DNA of 64,000 nt from Carcharhinus longimanus (GCA_030264375.1 JASCQW010000061.1:115573344-115637343), one strand, 5' to 3'; positions 26,237 through 38,944 are shown, counted from the stretch's first letter. Numbers and translations: made by a program. Notes: a model not told the origin generated them from the sequence alone.

Positions 26237-27371
26237 AAGTGCTAACAACGTCACAGGACTATGCCAGATGGGAATTTTTGTTTCACCAGATCACCATCCC
26301 CTTTTTAAACTTGGTTAATATTCACTTACAATCTACCATAAGTTAATTTTATTTTCCCACTGACCATATAAAGCATAAATCAATTTTCGTTTAAAGTATA
26401 GGACTACAGACTGTTCTGAAAGCCCTGTGTTGATGCTTCAACACATTCTCCAAGATCCCTAACACACATCGAAGAAAATTTGATTTCTTTTGCTTTTTAC
26501 AACAACAAAAAAATCACTTTTGCATTAAATTAAAGTGTGGGTTCAGTCACTTTATTACTTTCCGTCAAGTCTAAAGATGTGGGTTAGTGTCACTAATTCT
26601 CACTCTTGCAGGTATTTATAGATTTCTACCTGTTCATTCATTCAATGGTAGAATGATCAGAAGCTCTATTACTCTGTAGTGGGGGAACTACTATTTCTGA
26701 GATGCACATTTTCAACACAATCTTCTTTATGTGCACAGTGAAAACAGTTTTAAACGCCAAGGTTATTACTTAAGGGATGAACACCTGCCACAGTTTGAAA
26801 CACGGAGTCATGTAGAAGAAACAATAATTTTATATTGAACCATCTACAAGATTCCCAAAGGATGCTACAAATTATATTTGGAGCAAATCTAATATGCACT
26901 TTCCACATCAAAAACAATTGAAACCATGCTGATCTGCTAAAAAAAAAGAGCAATGTGTTGTCTGGAATAATATATTCTGTGATAGAATTAAGATATATTA
27001 AAATAAGCTGTCAATTATTCACAGGCACAACATTTTAATTATTTTGTGTAGAACCTTATCGATTACAACAATCTGGGGAGATTTTGACTTTATGGAGTAA
27101 GAATTATTCTTTCCCCTTTCCCCAGTTCTGTATGATAGAAAGAAGATTGAGCATATAACACAGGGCCTTATCATATTCTCAGAATGTCCTAAAGCACTCA
27201 CATTTCACGCATTGTTTCGGGATGAATAAGTCCTGCCCATTGAGAGCGCTACTAACTGAGTTACATTGGAGTTAGAATGAGTCTGTTCAATCATCTTAAT
27301 ATACACTAGCTAGTTTCCCAGGACAGCACTTATCAACAATTATATTAATTGTGGCTATCTCACTGTAACCT

Positions 27372-27672
27372 TAGAATCAAAGAATCCCTGCAGTGCAGAA
27401 TGAAGCCATTCAGCCCATCACACCTTCACTGACAACAATCCCGCCTAGGCCCTATCCCTGTAACCCCACGTATTTACCCTGCTATTCGCCCGACACTAAG
27501 GGACAATTAAACATAGTCAATCCACTAATCTGCACATCTTTGGAATATGGGAGGAAACCTACGCAGTCACAGGGAGAATGTGCAAACTCCACACAGACAG
27601 TGACCCAAGGTCATAATTGAACCCGTGTCCCTGGTACTGTGAGGCAAAAGTGCTAACCACTGAGCCATCCTG
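27372..27672 (-). mobile_element. HE1-like V-SINE with CR1 tail
   Basis: Same architecture as 3873-4226. Confidence 0.85.
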
Positions 27673-28304
27673 ACCCTCATATTAACTCAGAGATGGTTGA
27701 GGGCTGGAGTGGGGGAGCTGGGCTGCAGGGCGACTCTCTAACGTAAGTGGAATCTTATGAAGCACCGAGGAGTGGGAAATAAGGCAGATGGGGCCACTTA
27801 ATTGTGCAGGAGGCCGAATGTTGGCCTCTTGATCAATAGATGAAATGACAGAATTAGGTTGACGGCGGATTGATGGCAGGTTAAGCTTCCTGCTAGCAGA
27901 TGTTGGGAAGCTCTTTTTAATACATTTGCATATCATGAATGATCTTTAAAAAGCAAACTCATCAGAATTAAGTGAACCTTTCCAATTAAGCAATCAGCAA
28001 AAGAGAAACATGAGCCTTCAGATTGACAACTGCTTAAACGTGGCCTGCAGCCCGCACGGTAATCTTCCTGGTGGATTTAAAGTGAGTAGGAGCCATTTCT
28101 CCTCAATGGAGAGCTTTTTCTAACTACAAAAGAGGATGCATGGATATTGCAATTGAATTGCAGTAGAGTAAAGGGAATAGGGATGGCTGACAGAGAGAGA
28201 GAGCTGGCAGCTTTACTAGGTTTTGTGGGAGGACAGAGGGAGGAAACTGGACCTCACAAGGGAAGGTCAATATAAAATATAGTAGGTCAGGCATGATTGA
28301 GAGG

Positions 28305-28520
28305 AGATAGGTGTTGTAGAGGTATACAGGGAAGGTCAATATTGGTGGGGAGATAGCTGTTATACAGGTATACAGGGAAGGTCAGTATTGGTGGGGAGAT
28401 AGGTGTTATACAGGTATACAGGGAAGGTCAGTATTGGTGGGGAGATAGGTGTTATACAGGTATACAGGGAAGGTCACTATTGGTGGGGAGATAGGTGTTA
28501 TACAGGGAAGGTCAATATTG
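28305..28520. repeat. 46-bp minisatellite, about 4.5 copies
   Basis: cagggaaggtcagtattggtggggagataggtgttatacaggtata starts at 28327, 28373, 28419 and 28465; the next start is at 28503 after an 8-nt deletion. Confidence 0.9.
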
Positions 28521-28989
28521 AAGTCCTGAGAGTCAAATGGTAACAGAGAAAAGGTCAAGGATAATTGTTGGAGACCAAGGGCGTAGGGCAGGTGGTGGGC
28601 AGTTCCAATGTGTCATGGAGAAGATAATGGATCAACGACTGCTAGTCAAGGGTGATGGGGTGGATCAAAGATTACCAGAGGGCAAGGCTAATGGAGTGAG
28701 GGTCGGGAGTAATGGAGGGAAGGTCAAATGTGATTGAGGGAAGGTGTAGAGTGAAGGCTTCCAGTTCCCAGGTCGCTGTATAAATGTTCATGGGTGTGGT
28801 TGTGTAATTGAGAGTTCTCTACAGTGAACCGTGAAAAAGGAGTTGACCACGGTGGGATGGGTGGAGAAGAGGAGGCAGCTGATGTTAAGTATTGGGCTTC
28901 CCATTGGCTAAAAGTACTCCCAACAAGAGGGAGGGCTTCAGCTACCATTGCTTGGGAAACAGGACCTCCAGCTGTTCCTGGACAGTCCT

Positions 28990-29560
28990 AACCTGTAGGC
29001 AGATTTCGTTGAACATTGGGACCATTCTGTCTGTGTTTGGAAATTTGGCACTTTGATATGGGGTGGCAACAGTGCCAGGGGTCAACAGATGGAGAGGGAG
29101 AGCTTTGATCAGCTTGATCAGTCCCTTGGTGATGGACAGTGAAGTCCCCTTCCCACATTCCTTAATACCCTCAGTGCTTCTTCAAATTGGAGTCCAACAT
29201 AAAGGAGTATTGACTCATCAGCTGAAGGAGGATAGTGGGTGGTAATCAGCAGATTGACCTTTCGTCATAAGACTTCATGGGGTTCCAGAGTTAATTTTGA
29301 GTAATTGCATGATCATTCCCTCCTGAATGCATATCACTGTGACACCATCTCTGATGAGCCTGTTCTGTTGCCTGACTAGACTGTGGGACTGCTTTCCAAA
29401 GAGATTAATGTGGACGACTTTGAAGGGTTGGTTGGGATGGGTGCTCCTTTGTTGTATTTGATGGCAAAATCAATGATGATCCATCCAGAAGCTTCTTAGA
29501 CGTTTTTGTAGCAGTTGAATACCTAGCAATGGCTTTCTAGGTTTTCTTGAAAGGACACTG
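28990..29560 (-). mobile_element. CR1-group LINE family B endonuclease-region fragment, followed by a SINE-like head (~29570-29740)
   Basis: Reverse complement resembles 38760-38940 and 40080-40140 (ccatgaagtc, attaccacc..cctccttcagctgatgagtcaatactc). Confidence 0.55.
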
Positions 29561-29864
29561 ATGAACTGGAAGGGATTTACATCAATCCAGTAGTTTCATG
29601 GTCACCAATACTGAGACAAGTTTTTTTATTTCATATTTATTTAATTGTCTAAATTTAGATTTCCCACTGCCATGATGGCATTTAGCTCATATCCCTCGAA
29701 TATCAGCCCAGGTCTATGGACTACTAGTTCAGTAACATAACCTTTTAATTATTGTTCCCGTACTGGAAGTGCATCTTGAGCTTATTGCAGATGTTAAGAA
29801 ACGCAAGCTTATCATTTGACATCTTAACACCTCTGTTTCTTGCAGATGTTAAGGAAAGCAAGCT

Positions 29865-29952
29865 CCATACAGATGCCACCAGGTCTGCTGAGATTTTCCA
29901 GCATTTTCTCTTTTGCTTTCAGATTTCAGCATCCACAGTAATTTGCTTCTAA
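29865..29952 (+). mobile_element. Penelope-like terminal fragment (family 2)
   Basis: acagatgccaccaggtctgctgagattttccagcattttctctttt..cagtaatttgc is the reverse complement of ~57040-57112. Confidence 0.65.
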
Positions 29953-30628
29953 CTTATCACCATCTGTCTTACGTATTTTTGGGTCGCTCACCAGAAGAAC
30001 CTGGCTGTGTTTCCAGTAACACCCTGGAAATATCCAGAGGCAGAAAAGTTGAGGATGGCAATCACTTTGACAGCCACTGGTAATTTGTGGCCACCAGGTC
30101 CATTTGGGAGCTGTTTGCCTTCTAAGAAATTGTCAATCTCTGTTACCACCTAATGTGACAAAGTAGGTCTCCTGAAGCATTGTTATTCTGACATGCCAAA
30201 TAAACTGGCTGTTTTTCGCAAGTACTACCTTTTGTAAGCTGCAGCTCTCTCTGTTGCTCCTCTCTTAGCTGTATCCATTCCCCTCCAATTCTTTCTGTAA
30301 ATCTTCCCATCCTCAATTCCTCTCTGTGTTCCCTGTGTTGCCTATAAGTATCTCATGAACCGTTACCAATTCACTAAATTTGTCTTCTTTACTTTTGTTT
30401 ATGGAGCTGTATCAAATAAGAAACAAAATACACTCACAGTTGGAGGTGGGATTCTATGTATGGTCCAGTGGGGCTAGATCAGGAAGATGTGAGAGGAAAA
30501 TAAAGGTGCAGACAGAGAGAAGAAGAAAGGGAAGAAACAGAGAGGCATGGGAAGATATAGAATCTTGGTGAGTTGGAGACAGAGAGGGAGAAAGAGCGAG
30601 AGGGAGAGAGAGTGAGACTGAGAGGGAA

Positions 30629-30876
30629 AGATACAGAGAGGAGGAGTGAGGACAGGAAGGAGAAGAGGAATGAGAAAGAATTAAGAGTGTGCGAGAAAGG
30701 AAAGGGAGAAATAAATCGAGATGAAGTTGGGAGATTGTATGGCAGAACCCAGATACAGAGAAGAGGAGTGAGGATAGGAAAGAGAGGAGGAATGAGAAAG
30801 AATTAAGAGCATGCGAGAAAGGAAAGGGGGAATTAGATCAAGATGAAGTCGGGAGATTGCATGGCAGAACCCAGAT
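30629..30876. repeat. Tandem duplication of a ~122-bp purine-rich unit
   Basis: agatacagag occurs at 30629 and 30751; both units contain gaggaatgagaaagaattaagag..gggagattg(t/c)atggcagaaccc. Confidence 0.85.
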
Positions 30877-30879
30877 TCA

Positions 30880-31860
30880 TTTTCATGAAAAGTGACTTGC
30901 AAGGTCCTGGGTCCATTTAAAAAAGAAATTCTACAGTTTTGCAATAACATATATACAATTATTGTTGCTTTTTTTATATTTTCAAACTTAATAATATGAA
31001 GTATTCATGGCACTTGCAGATCTGATAAGTTTGATGAATTACCACATGAATAATCCTTCCATGGCCATAAGCGGGTAAGAAATTATGGGTAGTTTGTGTC
31101 TAACGTTATAGTTTGGAGATTGCATGGCAGGACCCAGACCCCAGGACTGAAACCAGAAGCGAGTGAGAGAGCTTGTGGACTTGGAGCATTTTATAAATGA
31201 GCCATTGCAAGCAGCTGGAAGCAGAATTGCTCTACAATTACGGGAAAGGAAGAAGTGTTAGAGCACTAATGAGGGAGGGACAGGGTACCCAGGTACAGCT
31301 GGAAACAAGGGTAGAGTGAAAAAGATAAGCTGAATTAAAATATCCAGGGTCGGACTTGGGGCAGAGCAGAGGCCTGGCAACAGGTTCAGGAGGAAGCACG
31401 GCTGTGCAGAATTGATACTACACTTCGAATGGAGGAATGAATGGGGCAGCCAAAACGTTGGGATTTTCTTTCAGTTATCACAATGCTTCCTGAAGTCAGA
31501 TGTGTCCACATGGATTGATAAATAAGAAAGGTGGCCACAATCTCGGCAACAGTTACGACATACACAAGGGGAAAATTTTTCCTTTTTAACGCATGGATCT
31601 AAGCACTTGGCAGGACTGATTCATAATGTTGGACAAAGCTGCTTATAGTTTCTCACCTTCTTCTGGCCAAGAAGGAACAATCACGTGGTAATTTATCAAA
31701 TTTTATCAATTTATCAGTGTGCAAATGGTATGACTACTTGATATTATTAAGTTTGAAGGTAGAAAGACATCAATAATTGTATATACTTTATTGTAAAACT
31801 GAGCTGTAGAATTCCTTCTTAAATGGACCCAGGACCTTACAAAGTTACTTTTTCATGAAA
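30880..31860. repeat. ~235-bp diverged inverted repeat pair (30880-31110 and 31622-31860)
   Basis: For example aaggtcctgggtccatttaa versus ttaaatggacccaggacctt. Alignable end to end with indels. Confidence 0.85.
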
Positions 31861-32300
31861 AAAATTGATTTAAAAAAAAATGTGAATGAAGCAATGTAAG
31901 TAAAATAAGTGAAGTGAAGTGCTAAAACACATACATTAACCACCAGTTAAGCGACTATGATTAAAGAGTAGATAGACAACATTCTATATAAAACCAAATG
32001 AAATATAAATCAGTACTCTTCTCTGTCAGAAGTGGTTCACACCAAACTTTACCTACAATTCCACCTTTCATTCCAAATAATTTGACTACTGTCAAAACAG
32101 ATCAGTCAAATTACACCAAAGGATCTTTGAGTTGTCACTTCTCTGCAAAAGTAATGCATTCACTTTAAACCACAAGGAAGAGTAGATCTTTAAGTGAATT
32201 TGTTACCATATACTAACTTCGGTTCTTTTTCCTATACCAAATAACATGATTTGAGAATGCTGCATTATCCCTGTTTTACAGGGCATCTCGACATGGTGTT

Positions 32301-32550
32301 TGTAATAATCATATCGAGGCCAGCCTTCTGTCACCAATCACCCTTTATTTATAATGTGTTTGAAATGTGGTTCAGCAGCTACAGAGTGCAGGTCAGTCCT
32401 ATCAACTGTGGGCCTGAACAGAACCAGCTGGGTTTGAAACACCCGTTCCTTCTTCCCTATTGGGCAAGCCACAGCTCACCTAATAAGGGAGCTTGTATTC
32501 TACGAGGCCCACGGAGAGGTCTGTTGATGATCCCCATGGCCATCATAACA
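32301..32550 (-). mobile_element. 3' LTR of a Gypsy element (250 bp)
   Basis: Minus strand reads TGTTAT...ATTACA and contains AATAAA. It is immediately preceded by the polypurine tract GAGGAGACGGGA (32562-32551). Confidence 0.8.
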
Positions 32551-34770
32551 TCCCGTCTCCTCAAGTCCGAATCTTCCCGCACACCCTGCTGGGAGGGGGA
32601 GGGGTTCTTTGCCACCGCATAGCGATCGGCTGGAATACTGTGGAGGCAGATCCAGGTCAGGGGGTGTGAAACAGATTAGAGACCTTCGCACAAACACTGA
32701 TTCTTCTTGAGGTCTCGCTTCACTGGGGGCGTCGGTCTCTTCTGCTTCCATCTCGGACTGTGTCCTCATCACCTGGAGAGACAGACTTGAAGTTGACTTC
32801 CAATCATGGCTCAATGCTGGCAGTGGTTGTCCCCATTGCTGGTAATGAGGCCTGCACTGGCGCGGGCTCCCTACTCTTTTAATGGTCCAGGTGTTTCCAA
32901 ACAATTTTGTCCTGCATTTGGATCTTATAAGACATGGGCCCTGTTTTCTCTATTATGATTCCGGGGACCTACTGGCGCCGTCCCAAAGTTCCTCACATGG
33001 ACTAGGTTGCTGGTTTGAACTTTCTTTCTGTCCTTATGGAATCATAGTTCTTCTTCTGGTCCTCTTGTTGGGACGTCACCTTCCCTGCCAAGTTTGGGAA
33101 CTGAAGGCTTAATCTTGTCTGAAGTCTTCATTCCATTAACAATTCTGCTGGGGCCAGTTCCTGTCGTTGTGTGAGGGATAGTCCTGTAGTCGAATAAAAA
33201 TCCCACCAGTTTGGTTTTTACAGACACTGCAGGTTGCTTCTTCATGCCAAGCTTAAAAGTCTGCACCACTCGCTCAGCCGACTGATTCGATGGTGGGTGA
33301 CAGGGTGCTATCCTGATGTATTTGATTCTGTTAGAAAACATAAAAGTCTGAAACTCAGTGCTAGTAAAGACCATTTACAGAGACCAGGACTTCAGGGTAA
33401 CTTTATTGTAGTTCCACAATGGTGTCATGGGAGGTGGTGGAACCAATGTGATGTAGCCATTTGGATTGCGAGTGGACCATAATTAAGAACATGGGGCCCA
33501 AGAAAGGCCCAGCGAAGTCTACGTGCACTCACACCCAGTGCCTACCAGGTCATTCCCATGGATATAGAGAGGCTGGGCACAACTCACACTGTCTGACCAA
33601 ATTGGTAGTGTCTGCAGCAAGACCGGGCAACCATACATAGTTTCTGGCTAGCATTTTCATCTTCAAAATCCCAGGGTGGTTGTGGTATAATTCCATTAGT
33701 TTTTAACACATGCTGGGCAAGGGACAACTACATAGGAATCCCAGAGGATGACGCCATCCTCAACACTGAGCTCATCTTTCTTCATCCAGTAGTGTTTCAT
33801 TACATTGGAGAGCTGTCTTCTGAATCCCCCATGCAATACCATATATTTTAGTTTAGACAGGACTGGTCCCTTTTGCATCCAGGTCTTGACTTATTGCAGA
33901 CATCGGCAAGGCGTGTAAACAATTTTGAGGTTCCTCCCAACCTCTTCCACAGCTAGTAGCAATGCCGGGCTTATGGGCAACAGAATACAACTCAGTGCAT
34001 CAGGGTTAGCCATCCGGGCCCCAGAACAGTACGCTAGGAGGTATTTGTAAGCCACCTGTAACAAGAGCCAATGCTGTATCCAGGTGGAGGTAGTTGGGAG
34101 TATTGCCCTGTATTCTTTAAAAGTCCCAGCAATGGTTTATGATCAGTCACTATGATGAAGCATCTACTGCAGACATACCGATGGAATTTTTTAATGCTGA
34201 AGACAACTGCCAACCCTTCTTTCTCAATCTGGGAATACCTCTGCTCAGTATCCTAGAGGNNNNNNNNNNNNNNNNNNNNNNNNNNNNNNNNNNNNNNNNN
34301 NNNNNNNNNNNNNNNNNNNNNNNNNNNNNNNNNNNNNNNNNNNNNNNNNNNNNNNNNNNTGATGAAGCATCTACTGCAGACATACCGATGGAATTTTTTA
34401 ATGCTGAAGACAACTGCCAACCCTTCTTTCTCGATCTGGGAATACCTCTGCTCAGTATCCTAGAGGGTCCTAGACAGTTACACAATAAGCTTCTTGGTTC
34501 CATCTCTCCAGGATGTGCCAGTACTGCCCCAGCTCTGTAAGAAGAGGCATCGCATGTCAAGATAAGGTCCTCTCTGGGGTCAAAATTGCCCAATAAATTA
34601 GAGGACAAATGTAGCTGTTTAACACAGTTGAAAGCCTCCAGCTGCGCACTTGATGGACGCTGCTTAGCTTTGCCCCCGACCGCACAGGGGCCTGTACAGC
34701 CTCTGAACACCCCCCGGTGTAGCCATCATGCCTGGTCTCTGTTAAAATCAAGTCAATCTCATGCTAATCA
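32551..34770 (-). mobile_element. Ty3/Gypsy LTR retrotransposon pol remnant (RNase H and integrase), 5'-truncated and frameshifted
   Basis: NFDPREDLILTCDASSYRAGAVLAH; ELSVEDGVILW; KMKMLARNYVW; FTSTEFQTFMFSNRIKYIRIAPCHPPSNQSAERVVQTFK. Confidence 0.9.
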
Positions 34771-35174
34771 GCAAAGGGTGCAATCCAGTTTACATCAGTA
34801 GAGGGGGCTGACAATTGCAAACAGTTTGCTGCTAGGTGAGGAACTGATTTTTAGGTACGCACACTATTTTCTGGAATCGGCGAGATCAGCACCAGGCATG
34901 GTGAGGTCAGAAAATTGCCCTCACACGTAATAAATTTGGGAAGGGGAACATAAGGCCTGAGAGGAGACTGTCTGATCTGCAATCATAATAAATCTGCAGT
35001 CTTCATAAATAAATGAAAAGTTGCACTGCTTTGAAAGGGATGTGCATTCCATTTGATTCTCTTGTATTTACCATGTCCAATAATGCAGGACCAGGAAAAT
35101 AGCATTAAAAATGCAAAGTAAAGGTACGACGTTAGAAACCCAAAGGTACATTAACGGCCATAACAATCAGATTT

Positions 35175-35535
35175 CAGCCATGGTTCAGTGGGGAAATTCA
35201 CACCTTATGTTAGCATTAGGCAATGGGTTCATGACCTACTCCAGAGATTTTACAACATAAACTAGGCTAACACTCAGAGTGCAATGCTGAGGGACTGCGA
35301 CACTGTTGGAGGCTTCATCTTTCAGATGAGAGATTGCACCGAGTCCCCGTCTGCCCTCAAGACATAAAACAACTCATGGCACTATTTTGAAGACGACCAG
35401 AGGAGTTATCCCCAAGGAAAATGTGGTCCTTCAATCAACATCCTTCAGCAAGTTATCTGGTCTTTATCACATTGCTATTTGTGGGAGTTGTGCATAAAGT
35501 GGTTGCTATGTTTTCTACATGTCAACAGCTAATCT
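35175..35535 (+). mobile_element. Deu-domain SINE
   Basis: tRNA-like head followed by catctttcagatgagagattgcaccgagtccccgtctgccc..catggcactattttgaag. Confidence 0.8.
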
Positions 35536-37554
35536 TAAGAATGACTTTATCTCCTTAAAGAGAGTACACTTGGTATTCTGCAATTCAAGGTATTTCATGA
35601 ACTTGTCCATTTGTTCAGCCTCTTCTCAATTATTTGGACGATTTTTATGGGTCTGTGGAGCTGGCAGGTAGTCCCATCTCCTTCTTTGATCATACATCAC
35701 AGTTTCAGGCATTTTGTCTGTGAATTTGCAATTAAAATTCTGTCTGTAGCCTGTTATTATGTATTAAATTATTTCCTATAAATCACCAATGACAGCTTTG
35801 CAGCTAAGTGCATGCAGCAAGCACCAATAATTGTTTAAAGACAATGAAAGGACTACAACTAACGTCCACAACTGAAAGAATTAATGCCAACAAGTATGCC
35901 GCATGCTGTATAAGTGCAATTTAGTGCAATTAGTGCACTTCATCCCTTACATCAGGTTTCCTGCCCAAGTAGGCAGGCAAAGGATACAAACAGAAATGTC
36001 TACTGAACTGGCACCTGAGTGTTCAACCTACATCTCTTCATGCTCGAGTAGCCCCTGTTTTTTTGACCAAGGGAGCACCACTCTAATTTTCAGCCTGTTT
36101 TTCAAATGGAAACTGACAAGTCTCAACTCAAGGTGCCAATGTTTTGCCCAGTGTCTAGTTTTCAAATGACCACAGACACAGACATGTTGCTCCAACATTA
36201 TCGATGCCTGTTGTTAGTTATTTGTACGTTAAGGGGCCAGTGATGTGCCCTGCCATTGTTTCTGTCATCACCTTAGCATTTAGGTGCTAGTGAATGGTAT
36301 TGCCATGCCCTTGAGCTTGGGCTAACCCTGTCACTATTCTGTTTTTGTGTTTGCAATTCCAAGTTGACAACCTGGGGACTGAGAGGTCGTAAGTGGCGTT
36401 TCAGTAAGAGGAACCTCCTGGCTAGCGGGAGGTTCCATTTGCACAGACACTGATTTGATGACCTGCTGATCCCAGGCCAGAAATGACCTGTAATGCAACT
36501 GTTGCATATTTTATAACTTGATGATCACAAAGATGACATTACTTCCTATGTGTGTTACAGGTTTTATTCACACTGTTTTACATTTCAGCTTGGTTTACTT
36601 CATTCTGCATCCACACCCAGGCTTAACTAATCAAGCACAGTTACCATCAATAGTAACCAAACTCAGAAAAACATAGAACAATTGAACATTATGTTAACTT
36701 TAAAAATATTTTGCGGCCAATCCTTGAATGGTCTCCCAGTGACCCCTTGAAGGAGAGCTGGCTTAATACCTGTTAGAACTAGATGGGTCTGTTTGTATCA
36801 GAATTCTGGATTGAAACCTTACAACTGGCACTAGGGCTCTCATTTGCATTTGCAAGATGCTTAATGCCTATTTTCAAATGGGCTTCTGGGACATCTAAAA
36901 GCCACCTGCTTCCAATATGCAAACCAGTGCAACTGTAGGGCAGATATACTGCACTTAATCTCTGTTGTGCATTTTACACAAAAAATAGGTTAAAAGTAAT
37001 TAGATTTTCGCCTTCTGAATGTTTAATGGTTGATACCGGCTCTCCAGTCAATGGATGGGCCCACTGCTGGGACTGTTAACTTGGCCTTTTGATCCATCAG
37101 ACTGGATTTATGTGCTGCAGCAATGTATGATTAATGAAAATAGAATCACACAATTTCCAGGAATCCAGATTCATCCATGACTTGAATATTTTGTTCAGAA
37201 GCTCAGCTTCGTTTCTTATTTATTCTTTGTGAAGCCAAGTTGTCTTCAGAATGAAGGAGAAGTGTAGAGTGTTCCCTTTAATAACAGAATCTGATCCCTG
37301 TTAGGGATAAAGATGTCTCTTTCCACTCATTTCAAAGCCAGTGTCAGTCATTCAGCTTGGAACTCATCACCATTTGAATTTCTGATAGCATAAAAGTCCC
37401 TCAGTATAAAAATTTGATATCAGATGACATCCAATATCAGAATGCAGAGCAGATATTGCAAAGTATAACACAAGGAATATAGAATGAAAGCTAGGAAAAA
37501 AAAAGAATGTGAGTTCTAAAATATTTCACAGCCAATCCAAGTATAAAGAAGAAG

Positions 37555-37865
37555 AAATATTCCAAAGCACATCACACCCAATGAAATATTTCTGATGTAT
37601 AGTTGCTGTCATAATGTAGAACATGCAGCTGTCAACTTGCACACATAGAAGTCCAACAAACAGCAATCAGCTAATGACCAGATAGTCTATTTTAGTGATG
37701 TTGCTTGAGAGACATTGACCAGGACACTGGGGTAAGCGGGGGTGGCCCTTCCTCAATATAGTGCTATGGAATCTTGTACATTCACCTGAGGAGGTCTCAA
37801 TTTAACATCACATCTGAAAGATATTGCCTCCAGCAGTGCAACGTTGTAAATTATGTGCTCAAGTC
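37555..37865 (-). mobile_element. Deu-domain SINE
   Basis: gaccaggacactgggg..agtgctatggaatc..tttaacatcacatctgaaaga. Confidence 0.7.
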
Positions 37866-38625
37866 ACCAATGGGGAGGGAGCGGTTGCTCTGTCGAAGAG
37901 TCAGTGCAGGCCCGACAGAACGGATGGCCTCTGTCTATACTGTGGGCATTCTGTGGATTTGAGGTCTTTGGAGAGGCTGGACCTTATGAGGTACAAAATG
38001 GGGGGAGGGGAATAGGGGAGGTGTTGTTGTGGTTAAGTCACTGGACTAGTAAGCCAAGGCTAATGCTCTGGGGAGATGGGTTAAAATCCCACCATGGAAG
38101 CTGGTGGAATTTAAATTTGATTAATTAATAAATCAAAATTAATGAATAAAATCTGAAATTGAAAGCTAAGCTCAGTAACTATCATCAATTGTCATTAAAA
38201 ACCCATCTAGCTCGCTGATGTCCTTAAGGGAAGGAAATCTGCCATCTTTACATGTTGCTCCATACTTACTGCAATGTGGTTGACTCTGTACCACACTCTG
38301 AAATAGTCCAGCAAGCCTCTCAGATGTATCAAACCATTAGGGAAAAGTCATAAAGGAGTAAAACTGGACAGTCCATTAAGCATTAACCCAGGCACTGGAA
38401 ATGGCAACAGAATACCCAGCCCTATTGATTCTGCAAATCCTCCTTACTGATGGGTCCTGACGCTGCCCTGTCATATCCATCATGTTGTCATGGAAAGAGG
38501 AAATCACTGAGTAGCTTAGGCAGAAAGCCAATTTTCTATTGTGCCAAAATTGGAAGAGTTACTCACAGTCTACTCAGTCAACAGTCTGACACAGTCATAT
38601 TCATCAAATCATACCTGACAGCTAC

Positions 38626-38752
38626 AGTGGGATTTTACAGACTTGCTTGTCCTGAAACTGTAAAATCCCACCTAGGGTCAACTGACCTCTTCCTGATCTG
38701 CCCCTCGCCCGCTCCGATTCCCGTGGCAGGCAGGACGGTAAAATTCCGGCCC
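38626..38752. mobile_element. ~127-bp MITE, possibly Harbinger-type
   Basis: Imperfect TIRs gtgggattttac and gtaaaattccggccc, with an internal perfect 14-bp stem. A second copy lies at 51748-51873. Confidence 0.65.
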
Positions 38753-38944
38753 TAATGTGCAAGGCACCACCATCATCATCCCTGAGTAACAGACCCACCA
38801 GTGACGGCAACACAGCAGTATACAGTCAGGACGGAGTTACCCCGACAGCCTTCAAAATTGATGCCAGATCTCATGAAACCTCATGGTGTAGGCAAGGAAA
38901 CCTCTTGTTGATTACCATCTATTGCCCTCCCTCAGTTAACAATT

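Noticed and set aside
34152-34465. Apparent ~105-bp tandem duplication in Gypsy pol
   Set aside because: It flanks a 100-N placeholder gap and is almost certainly an unmerged contig overlap.
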